Origin: Eledone cirrhosa
Lineage: Eukaryota
DNA: 64,000 nucleotides
Direction: 5' to 3'
Assembly (NCBI GenBank): GCA_964016885.1
Contig: OZ024746.1
Coordinates: forward strand, 21,514,001-21,578,000
Shown here: piece by piece, positions 1 through 13,489 of the stretch
How positions within the stretch are numbered: the stretch's first letter is position 1
How the letters are laid out: each line of letters starts with the position of its first letter
Position numbers and translations under genes: made by a program
Notes under the pieces: model-generated
Database searches by the model: none
Told to the model about the DNA's origin: nothing
The model's input: the letters and a program-made list of their open reading frames with translations, nothing else

Positions 1-1325
1 ACACAGTAAGTAGTACTTTTTGCTTATTATAAAGGGATTTGTTATTTGCAATTTCTTAATACCTTTTATGATTCTGACAACTTTAAAGGGATTGTTAAGC
101 TTTTTTATGAGAAACATGATTTTTAGGTTTCCCATTCTATTTAGCCATAAATAGGTACTGTAGGGTCAAAATCAGTAGCACTGTGCAATTGACAAATTGT
201 CTATTAGGATGTAGTGTTGGGTTCAACACCACTGCTGCGTGGGGAGAGAAACATTCCAATATTCGACCCCAAACCTTCAATTAATTACCAACATGAGTGC
301 TAATTTTATGTAAATTAGTATGTCCATTTCAGAATAATAATAAGTGTGAATGGGTATATATACCCATCAAATACATGTTTCCTTGTGCTCGATGAGGGTT
401 CAATAAAATCTGAAAATCAATTGAAGATGTCTATCATTTTGTTCAATTTACAGGGAAATTCATATTTGCTGCCTTGTGTACATATCTACAAATTAGATAT
501 GTTTATATTTATACATGTTGCAGTCTCATTTATACTCTCTGATTTATGCAGATATAACTTTAAATACATATATATATATATATATATATATAACATATAC
601 ACAGAGAAACAATTTTGATTATATAAATTGCATTATTTAAATTTTCTCATGTTTTCTTTTTTAATTTACTTTTTATCTTTAAACAATTTTAATTTTCATA
701 AATTCAACTTTTCCTAAATAGTTTCAGAAGCTTGTATTTTAACCTAGGAGAGTTTTCTATCACCAAACTGACAAGATATGTCACTTTGATAGCATTAGCA
801 CTATACATTGAAAGTGTCATTTCAAAGGTGAACTTCAAGCCTCTAAAATATCAAAAACTATGTCATGGATAATTCTTTTTCTTGAAAATTTCTCTTTCTT
901 TCCTTGTCTTTTTTCTTTGTCTTCCACATCATAAAAAATAACAACAAAAACCATCTTTGTGATTTCTAAAATAAAATGTCAGAAGCATTAAATAAATACA
1001 TGAGAAAATTGTTGTACTTTTATGTTTTGTCTATTTGATTCTAATGTTAGACATCAATGTTTCTATTTTAATCAATGGAAGATTTAAAAGAAAAAATCCT
1101 ATCTGACACATATATACACATATATCTTTCATTCTCTCTTACCAACAACATCTCTGCCTCCATTCTTCTGCCCCCCCCCCCCTCTCTCTCTCTCTCACAT
1201 ACACACATTTTTGTGCTCGTGTATGTGTAAATGTATATATATATATTGTTATACTTGGGGAGGGTCATATTTGTGTAATATTGCCAGAATTAATAATATA
1301 TATATATATATATACACACACAAAA

Positions 1326-1452
<127 letters not shown>

Positions 1453-1459
1453 CATTCTT

Positions 1460-1790
1460 ACATGGCTTAGTGGTTAGAGCATTGGCCTTGCAATCGAAAG
1501 GTTGTGAGTTCAATTCTCAGACCGGGTGATGTGTTGTTTCCTTGAGCAAGACACTTTATTTCACATTGCTCCAGTTTACTCAGCTGTAGAAATGAGATGA
1601 TAGGGACTGGGGTCCATATCATTCCACTGCAAAGTGGTAGTGGAGGCAAAAAAGCACCCAGCACTCACTGTAAATGAGGTTGGTGTTAGGAAGGGCATCC
1701 AGCTGTAGAAATCAAGCCAGAATCAGTTCCCGTCCCACCCTTGCAAGCAGGGAAAAAGCGAACGTAAAATGAAATGATGATGATGATGAC
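1460..1790 (+). mobile_element. tRNA-derived CORE-type SINE (group B) with RTE-like (GAT)n tail
   Basis: A box TGGCTTAGTGG, B-box-like GAGTTCAATTC, CORE-like TCCTTGAGCAAGACACTT and ATGATGATG tail. Near-identical inverted copy at 29820-30112. Confidence 0.85.
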
Positions 1791-2619
1791 ATGCATACAA
1801 AAATGTATACATCCATACATATAATTATATATGTATATTTCTGTATGTATGTATATTTTATCTTAATATTTCAAAATACGTAATATAAAAATGAATTTTA
1901 ACAGGTTCTCACATCAATTTACACTATGATATATAACTTCAAAAGATTCTGTTCCATAGTAGTAGTATTTATGTTGGCTTTGATGATAGTATTAATATTT
2001 CCTAAGTCATGTATGAAGCATATTCCTCCAGATAGTAAGATGAGACAAAGTTAAATTCATGTCTTTTGCCTTTACTGTACCTGAATGGGAGAGATGATAA
2101 ATTGTTTACATTTCTAATGAAAAACTCTGTCTGTATTTCTCAAATCATTTTGAAAATTATCAAGAAACTGGAGGCATTTCTTATTTGGTGTTTGGAACAC
2201 AAATTTCTCCATACTGCCTGCTGGAACCATGAAGTGGGCTGACCCTTAAGTTTCATTTACGATGATGGCAAGTGGAATAAATTTACTTTACAGGAGAGCT
2301 GGACAGCAGAAGCTCCTCGGAGAAGAAACCCCACTCAAGCGAGTGTTTCAGCCCTTAACTTCTTTACTCCTGTTAGCAATGTAATACTAATAGTGGTAGT
2401 ACAAACCAGTTAATTACCAGCTGTCATTAAGTACTGCAATGATGGCTCATACTACCAAATCCTGTTTATTATGAATTATATACGACTAACTAACAAAAAA
2501 TATTAGATTTACATTTAACAAAGGTTCTTACATACAATTATAATAGAAATCGTTTAGATAAATATATACACTGGTGTTTTGTTATCAAATGAGTTAACAT
2601 CAAGCTATCAAATAAAGAA

Positions 2620-2870
2620 CTTCTTCTTCGTCGTCACTGCCATCACCATTGTCTCTTCCCCTCCCCTTCCTACTTATTCCTGAGAAGGTCATTGGGCAGA
2701 GTCCACAAACACTCTAGCAGTTCTTGTCAGAAGCAACCATCTCCAATTGATCTGGCTGGTTCCCCAAGTGAGACCAGCTGATCTCATGAATGTTGTTCAA
2801 CCGTCTTGATTGGAATCTAGCCCTGGGTCTCCTACTGGTTGACTTTGTCCATAAAATTTGGCCATGCTAA
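2620..2870 (-). mobile_element. Degenerate RTE-like LINE 3' fragment
   Basis: Minus strand reads RRPRAR...NIHEISWSHLG, resembling the RTE C-terminal RRPRGRP..W motif, then a (GAT/GAA) tail. Confidence 0.4.
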
Positions 2871-2969
2871 GTTCTATACTGAATAGATAATAGAATTATC
2901 CTTGGAGATGAAAGGCTGTAGTCAATAGATATAAGACCTGTATATTACTGTTACTGATTTTACAGATAA

Positions 2970-3185
2970 TGGTTTCTGATTTAGACACAAGGCCAACAAT
3001 TGTTTGAGAAAGGGGCAAGTCAATTAAGTTGACCCCAGTGCATTACTGGTAATTTATTTTATCAACTCTGTAAGGATGTAAAACAAAGCTACCTTCAGCG
3101 GGATTTGAACTCAGAATGTAAAGGGGCATTACTCTATGCCATAAAGCATATTATTCAATGCTCTACTGATACTGCCAATCCACTG
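2970..3185 (-). mobile_element. tRNA-derived SINE group A, diverged copy
   Basis: Reverse complement of the GGATTGGCAGTATC...CTGAGTTCAAATCCCGC...AGTAATGCACTGGG consensus. Confidence 0.75.
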
Positions 3186-4125
3186 CCCTTTTTACAAAGA
3201 ATGGAAGTATGTAACAATCATTTAAATTTGATTGATAAATGTCTAGTTGTATGGTTGATTAGATTGGTCCATTGTTCATTGTTGTGTGGCAGATATCTGT
3301 GTATGTGTATCTCAGTGAATCTAGATGTATGGCTGCCATAGTCAGTAGTGAATGAACAGTAACAAAAGCCCCTACTTTAGTAATTTTATTGAAGAATAAC
3401 TTGCTTTGAAGCTATTGTGATAACATAGGAAAAACAACGAATAGTCAATGAGTAATTGTGTATTGCAAATGATTGATTTTGCCCTTTTATGCATTAAGTT
3501 TAATGAAATAAGTACTACAAATATATTGAACCTTCAAAACCAATACTATCCAAATCTTTTGTCTTTAATGTGTACATTTTGAAACTTCTTTACTCTAGAA
3601 TTTGCTTTCAACAATGTAATTATTGTTGTCAGGAGTTAATCTCTGTTGATTTTATTTGTGGTAGCCCCTACTCATGCTGCTTCTCCACACATGGACTCTA
3701 CTCAACTTCCTACCTACAAGTCTTATTCTCTCTTTGACAAACCAATCACTCTGTTTTTCACTTCACATTCAAATTATACTATCACTACTCTTTCAACTAT
3801 TGGTCAAGAGTTTCCTTCAATTCACCCTAATAGTAATGACTGTGCCAAAGGAATGAAAAGTAAATAGGGAGGAGATATCACTTTAGACTTGTAGTGGCAA
3901 AAGTAGCCCCCTCTAGTGTTGGTGTTACAATAAAACACACTTACTTTATATATATTCTCAACACTAATGAACTTACATTTCATTAGTAAATAATAAAATA
4001 AATCATGCATAATTATTGTTGTCCATTATAGTTTTATTTTCATGAAAATTATTTATTTTATTTTATAGTTTTCTAAGTGACATGCATGTTTTCACATTTA
4101 CCAATATTTTCATTTAAATTTCCAG

Positions 4126-4284
4126 TGCCTCCTAAAGTGATGGTGTCTCCTTCAACGCAGCTGCACAAATCTCATTCTGATGTAATACTGAAATGTCATG
4201 CTGAAGGTATTCCTCGTCCAGAGCTCAGCTGGGAAATTAATGAAATGCCTTTGCCTAACAATGCAAAACATTATATAAGACAGC
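4126..4284 (+). CDS. FSTL5: FSTL4/5-like exon A (first in window): Ig-like domain, first half
   Basis: tccag|TG acceptor, CAGC|gtaagt donor, phase 1-1. Translates (V)PPKVMVSPSTQLHKSHSDVILKCHAEGIPRPELSWEINEMPLPNNAKHYIRQ, with the Ig motif CHAEGIP.P...W as in FSTL4/5. FSTL4 versus FSTL5 orthology cannot be resolved here. Confidence 0.9.
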
Positions 4285-5404
4285 GTAAGTATTAACATTA
4301 CCACACATTCTTTCTATGAAGAATCATTTAAGCCTATTTCTTTAAGTCAAAGAAACAAAGATTGTAATAATGATGTTAATGATATATTAAAATGTATGTT
4401 CCAAAATTCTGAGACTCTAGTGAAAAGGCCTTTGAAAATTAACCAATGAAAGTCAACAATATCAAACTAGGTGAATTTTGATTTATTTTTATCACTAATA
4501 TTATTAAACCAGTTGGGTTTAGTAATACTAGCTTGGGTTTTGTTCCATTTATGCAATCAAGTAATGTTCCTAATTTTATCATTAATAACATTTAGTATGT
4601 ATTTGTTGGCTTTCCCAAACTGACTACAATCATTTTCTATTAGCCTGCTAATTAGAATTCTTACCAATTATACCAATCACACTCAAAACTGCAGCCACAG
4701 CAGTAATGAGTGCAATTTTCACTACTGCAATCTCTACAAGTAATACAATCTTAACAAAATAACAGACACCATAAATACAACTTTTGGATTAATTAATATC
4801 GGCTGTCATCTAAATAAATACTAGCTAGATAATTTTGAGAACTAACAATGTTGATATGTCAAATGCTGATAACTGCATAATGGTAGTGTGTGGAATAGAT
4901 TTACTTCCATTGTGCCTGGTTTGTTTTATTTTCTTCTCTATTTTATAATGGAAGAGAAAGACAGGACTTAAAAACTGAAGTAAATCCAGTGCATATGTTT
5001 TTATTGGCAGCTCGATACTCCTAAAGTATATAAATAACTGCCTAACTGGATGTCTGTAGATCATTATCCTCTACGCTAATAAAATTAGGTGCTTCAAACA
5101 CTGAAAGCAGAGCGAAAACTTATACCCACTGTAAAGTGGTCATGTAGGCGTCACAATAAAAATCACCCTGTCCAAACTGTAAATGTGGTTGGTGTTAGGA
5201 AGGCATCCAGCCATAGAAACCAAGCTAGAACCAGTTCTGTATGATCAAGACATGTCATCTGATCTGGTTTGTTTCACAATGGGACAACTTGTCTAATCCA
5301 TGCTACCATGGTAAAATGGATGTTAAATGGTGGTAATGATAATAATGATGATGATTATATATATATGTATATATGTATATATATATATATTTTTTTTGTT
5401 TCAG

Positions 5405-5548
5405 ATGAAAATGGAACTTTGGTGATTCACAATGCCAACTACTTAACTGATACTGGAGCATACAAGTGTACTGCTCAAAACCAAGCAGGAAAAGCACAAG
5501 GAGTGTCAACAGTTTTCATACAAAATCCAAATAGTTCTCAGTCCCTTG
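5405..5548 (+). CDS. FSTL5: FSTL4/5-like exon B: Ig-like domain, second half
   Basis: tttcag|AT acceptor, CTTG|gtaagc donor, phase 1-1. Translates (H)ENGTLVIHNANYLTDTGAYKCTAQNQAGKAQGVSTVFIQNPNSSQSL, with the DTGAYxC I-set motif. Confidence 0.92.
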
Positions 5549-5597
5549 GTAAGCTGAAAAAATATATTTTAAATGCAAATATATATAATAAAAGTTG

Positions 5598-5800
5598 CAT
5601 GGCTTAGTGGATAGAGAATTGGATTCGCAATCGTGAGGTTGTGAGTTCAATCCCCAGATCAGGCAATGTATTACGTTCTTGAGCAAGACACTTTATTTCA
5701 TGTTACTTTTTCTGCCAAGAGTTGCAACCATTAGATAGTATCAATGGAAAAACTAATGAAAACATTGTTTCCTTGGTCTGTAAGCAAATGAAGCCTGGGA
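5598..5800 (+). mobile_element. SINE group B (tail type 1)
   Basis: TGGCTTAGTGG and GAGTTCAATCCC boxes, TTGAGCAAGACACTTTATTTCA core, GAGTTGCAACC...AAACATTGTTTCCTTGGTC tail. Confidence 0.8.
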
Positions 5801-5922
5801 ACTTGTTGATCATTAAAAAGAATATATAGTAGATGTATGATGGTAATGATGATGATATATGTAGTAAGTAAAGTGGGGATGATGATGTATATATGTATCA
5901 TCATCATTCTTATCATCCTTCT

Positions 5923-6620
5923 CATCATCATCATCATCATCATCATCATGTCCATACTTGGATGGGTCTTTTCCAGCACAACCTCCATCTATACATTGTG
6001 TTCTGTTTTCATCTCCTGTGAAAAGTTCTGTGCTTTGAAATCCATTCTCACCATAACTGCTCAGGTTGTTTTACTTTGCCTTCCTCTACTGCAGCTCCCT
6101 TCCACTATTAACTTCTGGTAGTTCTCCACCCAGTGATCATCCTCCATGAGCTTTACATGGTCATACAAGAGCAGTCTTTTCTCTTGCACACTAGAGTTGA
6201 TTTTTCCTACACCCAGTTTCTCCCTCAGTTCATCCATCCTTTGCTGTTTATACACATTAACATCATACATCCATCAAAGCATGCTCACTTCATTTTTATC
6301 CAGCCTTTGCATATTCTCTGCCTTTAGATGTTTCATTTCCCCACAACCCCATACTTTGCACTTCATGCAGCTGGCCTTTCATTCGTAGAGAGAAGCCGTT
6401 TATTGTCAACAGAGGCAGTATCTCTCTGAACTTTTTCCAGCCTGTTCGTATTCTAGCTACTATGATTTCAGATCAACTGCCTCCACTGCTAATTGGATCA
6501 CCTAGATAGCAAAAGCTATCAACCACCATGGATCCTTCCTGGGACTGGAAAAGGTTTGATTCACTGATGCTCTTACTATTAACTATCCCTCTACATCTTT
6601 CCTACATACAAAGTCTACCT
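5923..6620 (-). mobile_element. RTE (BovB-like) LINE 3' fragment
   Basis: Minus strand reads VVDSFCYLGD.ISSGG...ARIRTGWKKFRE.LPLL and KRLLLYDHVKLMEDDHWV...VEGSCSRGR, ending in a (GAT)n tail. Confidence 0.85.
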
Positions 6621-6980
6621 TTCCTGTTAGTCTACCTGCTATCCCACTACACCTCTTGTGTAGCCAAGCATTACATTACGTACATCATATGGAGTCTCTG
6701 CCTATTCATTTTTTTACATATTGAACAAAGTCACTTCCCTGATAAGATCTGGGTACTATCGTCTTTCATACTTACTAAAACTTGGTTTTCCCCAAATTTA
6801 CTCTATTTGAATACTAACTTTAACATATCATTCTGAACAAGATATACTACTTCAAATCCCTCTCATTAACATTGTTCTAATTTTCTGAAATGTGAATAAC
6901 TAACGACTTGAATTAAATCTATTCCAAAAATCAGGGATAATTTTTTTTCTCTTTGTTAAAACTTACTTTGACTATTATGT

Positions 6981-7170
6981 GCATGGCTTAGTGGTTATCG
7001 AATTGGATTTGCAATTGTGAGGTTGTGATTTTGACTCTCAGGCCAGGCAATGCAATATGTCCTTAGGCAAGACACTTTATTTCACATTGTTCTTTTTGTC
7101 AGGAGTTTTGACTGATATATAGTATCAGCAATGGAAAGACCAATGGAAACATTGTTTCTTTAGTCCATCT
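6981..7170 (+). mobile_element. SINE group B (tail type 1), diverged
   Basis: Same head, core and tail as the copies at 5598 and 13490. Confidence 0.75.
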
Positions 7171-7353
7171 GATTTGATGAGTTTCATCCCACTTCGTAAA
7201 CGAATGAAATCTGGGATCATGTCGATTATTTCTTTCCTTTTCCTTTCGTTATTATCAGTTGACAGATTTTCAAAAGTAAAAATTATAAAAAGGAATCAAA
7301 TAACTCATAAAGATATGTTCCTTAGTTTCAGATTTTGTTGCATTATTAATATA

Positions 7354-7760
7354 GGGCGGTGGATTGGCAGTATCGGTAGAGGGTCGGACGCCATGCTTTT
7401 ACGCATAGAGTTACGGTCTTTGCCATTCTGAGTTCAAATCCCGCCGAGGTTAACTTTGCCTTTCATCCTTACGGGGTCGATAAAATAAAGTACCAGTAAT
7501 GCACTGAGTAATTGCTGGCTTTGTGCCAAAAGTAGAAACAATTATTATTATTGTTGTCAGTATCAGCAGAGTGTCAGACAACGTCTTGTGGCTTGGAGTT
7601 ATGGCTCTTTGCGTTCTGAGTTCAAATCCCACTGAGATTGGCTTAGCCTTTCATCGTTACTGAATTGATAAAATAAAGTACCAGTAATGCACTGCTCGAT
7701 TTAATAGACTTTCCCCTCCCCCCAAATTGTTGGCCTTGGGCCTAAATCAGAAACCATTAT
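7354..7760 (+). mobile_element. Two tandem SINE group A copies (about 7354-7545 and 7556-7760)
   Basis: GGGCGGTGGATTGGCAGTATCGGTAGAGGGTCGGACG head, CTGAGTTCAAATCCCGCCGAGG B box, GATAAAATAAAGTACCAGTAATGCACTG body, (ATT)n tail. Confidence 0.88.
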
Positions 7761-7965
7761 TGATATGACATTTCCTTAAATTTTAGCATCTACTTTTAAG
7801 CAATAAGTTAAGTGTTTTAAACTGAATCAAGTATCTTACTAACCCTCCAGCTGATATTTTGCATGATCTTATAAACACTATTTAATATCATATCCATTTC
7901 ACATTTAGTTTGAATGTAAAGAATCATCATAATTTGTTTACTCTTTCAATTCATTTATATTCTAG

Positions 7966-8249
7966 TGACAACAAGCAGCTACCATCAGTCCTTCTTGGTA
8001 TTTCATGAAGAGGGTTACATTGTATATGAACCAAATGACTGTGTTATACGCAGAGATGTTGGAAAGGAGTATGGAAATTTCAAGTTTATTCCTGAAAACC
8101 TCGATGGGCCTCCATCTTTATGTGAAGAAAGCACACCCTGTAGTTGGGGCTCAGCAGTGAATATCAAAAATAAATATATTTATATAAGCCAACCAAGACA
8201 AAGCAGAGTTGTGGTGGTTGAGATTACTCACAGATGGAACCCTGTCCAG
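7966..8249 (+). CDS. FSTL5: FSTL4/5-like exon C
   Basis: ttctag|TG acceptor, CAG|gtaagt donor, phase 1-0. FLVFHEEGYIVYEPNDC...CSWGSAVNIKNKYIYISQPRQSRVVVVE matches the FSTL4/5 pattern C.W.SAVNV...YIYV.QP...RV. Confidence 0.93.
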
Positions 8250-8849
8250 GTAAGTAAACATGGTTTCACTTCAATTGAAATATAAAATACTGTAATATTT
8301 AAATAAAGCTTCAAAACATTTAAATAAATGATTGTTAAGAAAAAATTGACGTCAGGGGTTATGAATTATTACTCAGAAGCTGGCTACTGAGCCACAACCC
8401 ATCCACCTTCATCACAAAGATGAAGCCCTTGGCCATTTGGAACATTGTGACCAAAGTGACTAAGTGATCACATCTATCCTGGTCCTGAAATCAGAGTGAT
8501 CCTTCTAGACAAACTGCCAACCATGGCTAACAAGATCTTTTTTTTTTTTTCATCACACAGGGTATCCAAAATATCACCCTCCTCTCCAAGCAAGCTTAGT
8601 TGCGGTACTGGGTTAGTCACTGACGACCTGACCTTGTGACAGGTTTTACTGGGCTGCAGGTGACCAGTAGCACACATCAAATTGCACTGCATCAACTTAA
8701 AAAAAAAAGGCATGATTTTTTATTAAATGTCTGCTTGGTCAGAGATGACTAGGTACCAAACGCAAAAAAACATTGCATGGGCTTTAGTAGTAGTAGGAAA
8801 TAATCAACAATATCCCAGATTTCATTCACTTACTAAGTAGAGTGGAGTT

Positions 8850-9032
8850 CATCAAACTGAACCAAGGAAACAATGTTTCCATTGCTGATACTATCTATCA
8901 GTCGCAACTCCTGGTAGGAAGGGCAATGTGAAGTAAAGTCTCTTGCGAAAGGATATAACACATCGCCCGATCCGAGAATCAAACTTATAGCCTCTTGATT
9001 GTGAATTCAATTCACTAACAACTAAGCCACAT
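8850..9032 (-). mobile_element. SINE group B (tail type 1)
   Basis: Reverse complement of the 5598/13490 type. Confidence 0.75.
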
Positions 9033-9203
9033 ACAAACATAATTTAATTCCAGTTTAAGAAATCCCAGAAACTAAACAGCTTCTTGTAAATATTATTTTT
9101 TGTAATATTTGCCAATTTCTAAAAAATTATTTCAAAATCTAATTTATTATTTTTAATCATTTGATGTTTATTATTGATTTCCTACTAACTGAAATTCTTC
9201 CAG

Positions 9204-9389
9204 GTTATTTATACTGACAAAGACCCTGTTTCAATGCACTATATTGAAAGTTTGGATCAAGTGTGGGTGCTCTGCTGGAATAATGAAATTGATACCGGTT
9301 CAAAGACTATTGTTGTCATCAGAGAAGCATCAGAAGACAAACAGCATCATGCTGTTCACACTCAACCTATTGGAAATAGATTTGATTTG
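9204..9389 (+). CDS. FSTL5: FSTL4/5-like exon D
   Basis: ttccag|GTT acceptor, TTG|gtaaga donor, phase 0-0. Translates VIYTDKDPVSMHYIESLDQVWVLCWNNEIDTGSKTIVVIREASEDKQHHAVHTQPIGNRFDL, with the DQVWVL.W and HTQP motifs. Confidence 0.93.
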
Positions 9390-9811
9390 GTAAGAATTAT
9401 CATCATCATCATCCTCTTCCTCCCCCTATTCCTCCTCATCCTCCCTCTTCTCATCCTCATCATCCTTCTTCTCATCATCATCATCATCATTCTCTTCTAT
9501 TCACCTCCTCCTCCTGCCTCTACCCACTGCCTCATCATCATCATCATTATATTGTTGTGTAGGATAGTTACTGTATAGACTACTAGAATGTTCCTTATTT
9601 TATATGGTGTGTATGTAGGAACTTTTAAGTGTTTCAAATATTTCAGCTAGCTTGCCATAAACCTTCCTTCTGACATTTATCCAATAACCTGTCGGGCATT
9701 TTAGAACAAACGTTGGTGTTTTGATTTTGTTTGGGTCATTAATAACATATTTCCACTCTGTGGATAAATCTTAGTTTAGCTGGAGCTAGTGACTGATTTG
9801 ATTACTTCTGG

Positions 9812-9867
9812 TGACGAAATTTAATATGGTTGGAAATCTAAATTTCCAACCATATTAAATTTCGTCA
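9812..9867. repeat. Perfect 26-bp hairpin with 4-nt loop
   Basis: TGACGAAATTTAATATGGTTGGAAAT-ctaa-ATTTCCAACCATATTAAATTTCGTCA. Confidence 0.9.
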
Positions 9868-10626
9868 GCAATTTAGCTACATTCAAAGGTGATTTAGTTT
9901 TTGTTGTTCCTTTGTTTTTCTTTTATATCTCTGCAATCAGTGCGTTAATTTTATTTTATAATCGACAACCATAAAAAGCCAAATTCTGAAAAGCTAGGGT
10001 TTAAAATAGCAGATTTGTGATTTTCTTATGACAGGCAATATCAGTTTTATTTTATTTCCCAAAATCTGTTTCAATAGATATAACATTTCCATTTTCAATC
10101 AGTATTATTTTGGAAATGATTGTATCATAGTAACAGTTTCTTTTACTAGAAGGAAGTTTGCTGAAGGGGAAAATCAACCCATTGTATGTTGAAAAATTTT
10201 GTTGCAGAATACAACAGCTTTTTTAATAGAAACTTTGGTTTAAAGGTATAGAGCAAGCTAGAGAGCTGTAAAAATTGCAGGAATCAATACTTTTCTTTTT
10301 CCACTAATTTTTTTCTGATAGTACCAAATTGCTATTAATAACAGTGTCATAGAACTTACATGCAGAAATAATTATTGGTTTTAACATGGAAAACTATTAT
10401 TTTATGAGAAAAAATATCATCAAAGTAAGTGATTTTCCACTGTACTTCATATTTGGAATTACATTGTTATATAGTACATTTTCATTGATTCCTTTAGAAA
10501 TGTCAAATGGACTTTTACTCTGAGTAGCTGTTCTTCATGTGAACATGTGAATGTGTATGCATGTTTCATTTTAGAACCGTACACCCATTCCCAATATCTA
10601 AACTATTTAGAAACTTTGCATTACCT

Positions 10627-10847
10627 TATGAGGGTAAAAAGTTCATAAGTTCAAAAGTTCATAAGCTCATAGGTTGACCAAAATACTTTTATGGCATGAC
10701 CAAATGAGGTTTATTTTTCAACATAATCCCTGGAAAGAAACGATGCAGTTATTAATAAGAAGTATTGAAATTAATGTATGCACGATTTCACTGCTCTAGC
10801 ATCACTTCTTCATAGCGAGCCTATGAACTTTTCAACCAACTCTCATA
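10627..10847. mobile_element. Internally deleted Tc1/mariner-type element (MITE)
   Basis: TA at both ends. Imperfect TIRs TATGAGGG...AAAAGTTCATAG and CTATGAACTTTTCAACCAACTCTCATA. A related left end lies at 43597-43650. Confidence 0.65.
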
Positions 10848-11556
10848 TTTATTTAATAATTTATTTATTTATCTAATATATTTAAACGTCCATATAGAGC
10901 TAGTGAGTCATGACAAACTTGGGGAAGTATCTAATATGAAGGAGTGATGCTAAAAAAATCTAAATAGAGATAAGTGAAAATAAAAATAAAATTTAAAAAT
11001 GATAATAAATGAATAAATTAATCTATGATTTCTCAGAAAAAGAAAAATCTAAGCAGCTCAAACGTTTTTATCAATGCTTTCTAAAGCAAAATAAAAAAGT
11101 GCATGTATATTAAAAAGGAATTTAGTTTTATTCAAATTTTTCACATATTTCCTGACCTATATGTTATATAAAAAAAATGGATTTAATTACAAAATGAAAT
11201 GTAAACACATTCCTCTTTAGGCATATAACCATACAATTTCTTTCAAATATTCCTGATTATAATGGAAACAATTATAGTGAAATTTCTTGACCACCAGTTA
11301 GGTAAGTATTGTTGATATTTAGAACGTTTGAAAATAGATCAAATAATAATTACACATTCAATCTTTGTACTACTGAACAAACCTAGTAACCCTTTACACC
11401 TGCTTAGATTAGTGAGGAGAGCCAATCCTTATCCTAATAATTAACTATAGTAAAATCAAATGAAGGTTAGCTAGCCCTCTCCCCAATACAAATTAATTAA
11501 ATATTGATTGCAGCGGAAAGGAGGTGGGGTCTGACCTTTGATATTTACAATGATTA

Positions 11557-11596
11557 ATCCAGACAGGTTTTGGTCTTATTTGACCTTGTCAGTGAT
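11557..11596 (-). ncRNA. Decayed minimal hammerhead ribozyme
   Basis: Minus strand: tca CTGACAA GGTC-aaataa-GACC AAAA C ct GTC tgg. Both core changes (CTGACGA and CGAAA) are CpG-to-CpA. Confidence 0.5.
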
Positions 11597-13119
11597 ATAT
11601 ATGATCTAACTGGTATTTCAAGCAGCTCTTAGATGAATAGAAATGCATTTATAATTTGATGAATGAGCACTGGGTGGCATTATAACTTAAACCAACGACT
11701 GGGGTGAAGACACAGACACCTGCTGCTGAAAAACAATCAGTAAAGTTGGTGATGATATGTAGTGAACCAAGATATTTTATTTAAAATTAAGATAATTATT
11801 AGTGTGAACTAATCATCATCTTAATGAATAACTCTAGTTAAGAAAAGCAGAGGAAACAATGCCTGGAATTTAAATTCATTAAAATTAATTAGAAATAGAA
11901 TGCAATAAGGAATGAGTTTGAGTGGTTGTAATATGGTAATAAGGTGGTGAATTAGCAAAGTTATTAGAATGTTGGATAGAATGCTTTTCGGTATACATTC
12001 CGGTTTTCTGCTCCGATTTCAAATCCTGCAAAGGTCAATTTTGCCTTTCATCCTTTTCAAGGTCAATAAAAAAGTACCATCATGGTTTGGTCTTATTTAA
12101 TACATTGTAAATACATTAATGCTGTTCTTTCTGATGATTGCTGTTATGATGCTTGGACAACATTTTACTTTCTTTAAACATATTTTCTGTTTTATGTGAG
12201 TGTTGTTGAGATGTTGCATGAGATATGTGTGTTGTGTGACTGTTGTGTGAGATGTTGCTGGAGTGTTGTTCATTTATTATAGTTTCTTCTTCTGTGCATA
12301 TGTTGTATGTTTACATTGTTGAATATAATGGTTGGTTATATTTCCTAATCTCGATTGTTGTTATTATTTAAATCCTGTACATCCCTATCTGAGTAGACCT
12401 ATAATCAAAGGTCTTCCATTCACAATCATCCTCTCTTTATAAGGATATCTAGGACTACTTCATTGAAGGTGTGCCGTTCTCATTTTCAAGACAGTATGGC
12501 TTCATTTGAAATGAATTTGACTGCTAATTCTAGCATTTAAAACAACACATAGAGACTGTTTTTGGCAAAATTCTTGGACATATTCTGGGGTATATTTGTT
12601 AGGTGATACTTCAGTCCATTTGTTTGAAGCCTTGTTTCTAAATGGTTGACATAGGTTTAATGTTGTTTTATCATATGAGATCATTCTCAGTTGATGTAAC
12701 ATACTGGTGAAGAATTAAGGTTTTGTGTTTAGTAGAGTTCTTGAAAAACTAATTTGTAATACAGTTTTATATAATTAATACATTAATAACTCTGGTCAGC
12801 AATGACCAAGCAGTGCTGAGACAATCTGGGTAGCTATCAAATTGATAATGGAAAATTTTTCTGTCTATAGTAAATAAAAACGTTTGAACATGTAGATATG
12901 GCTTGTTTGTGCATGTAAATAGAGAACAGATAAAATATGTGTATCTATTTATGTACATGTGGGATATTGAAAATAGAATATGACACCTCATATATTGACA
13001 ACAGAAAATAATCTAATATGAACCCTAATAATGGTTTCTTATATAGGTACAAGGCCAGTAATTTTGGGGGAAGGGAAAGTCGAATATCACTAAGCTATGG
13101 GCCTCCATATATATATATA

Positions 13120-13420
13120 TGTTTTGAGTATATGTTGGTTGTTTTCCGACACCTCAGTATGCAGATTGGAGCACTCAAAGAAGTATGCAGGTTGATTTGT
13201 TTACTCAGGAGTAATAACAACACAACCAGGAGCTGGACATATCGGAGTATTGACGGAGTAAAACACACTTCAACAACATGTGTACCTGTCTCTCCCACAC
13301 CAATTCGGACTGCCTGAAGAGGTCACAGCTAATGATGGCTGTCACCGAAATATATATATAGCAGTATATCTATAATTTATAATAAATGAAGCCAAATTTT
13401 ACATATTTGACTTAATTATT
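13120..13420 (+). mobile_element. PLE-type terminal repeat (family P1) between TA tracts; inverted copy at about 21375-21650
   Basis: About 280-bp dispersed repeat carrying an HHR followed by AATAAA, flanked by (TA)n. Confidence 0.7.
13309..13365 (+). ncRNA. Minimal type-I hammerhead ribozyme
   Basis: ACTGC CTGAAGA GGTcACAGC-taatgatg-GCTGTcACC GAAA TATATATA TA GCAGT. Five-bp stem I, G-C closed stem II, palindromic stem III, AUA cleavage triplet. Confidence 0.8.
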
Positions 13421-13489
13421 TTATATATATATATATGTATATATGAATGTATGTATGTATATATATGAATTATGTATGTATAAAGGAAC

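Noticed and set aside
385-430. HHR-like motif TCGATGA...GAAA
   Set aside because: Core and stems are too degenerate to distinguish from chance.
2294-2360. Possible extra FSTL exon after tttacag
   Set aside because: No Ig/FSTL similarity, an early stop in the phase-1 frame and no convincing donor.
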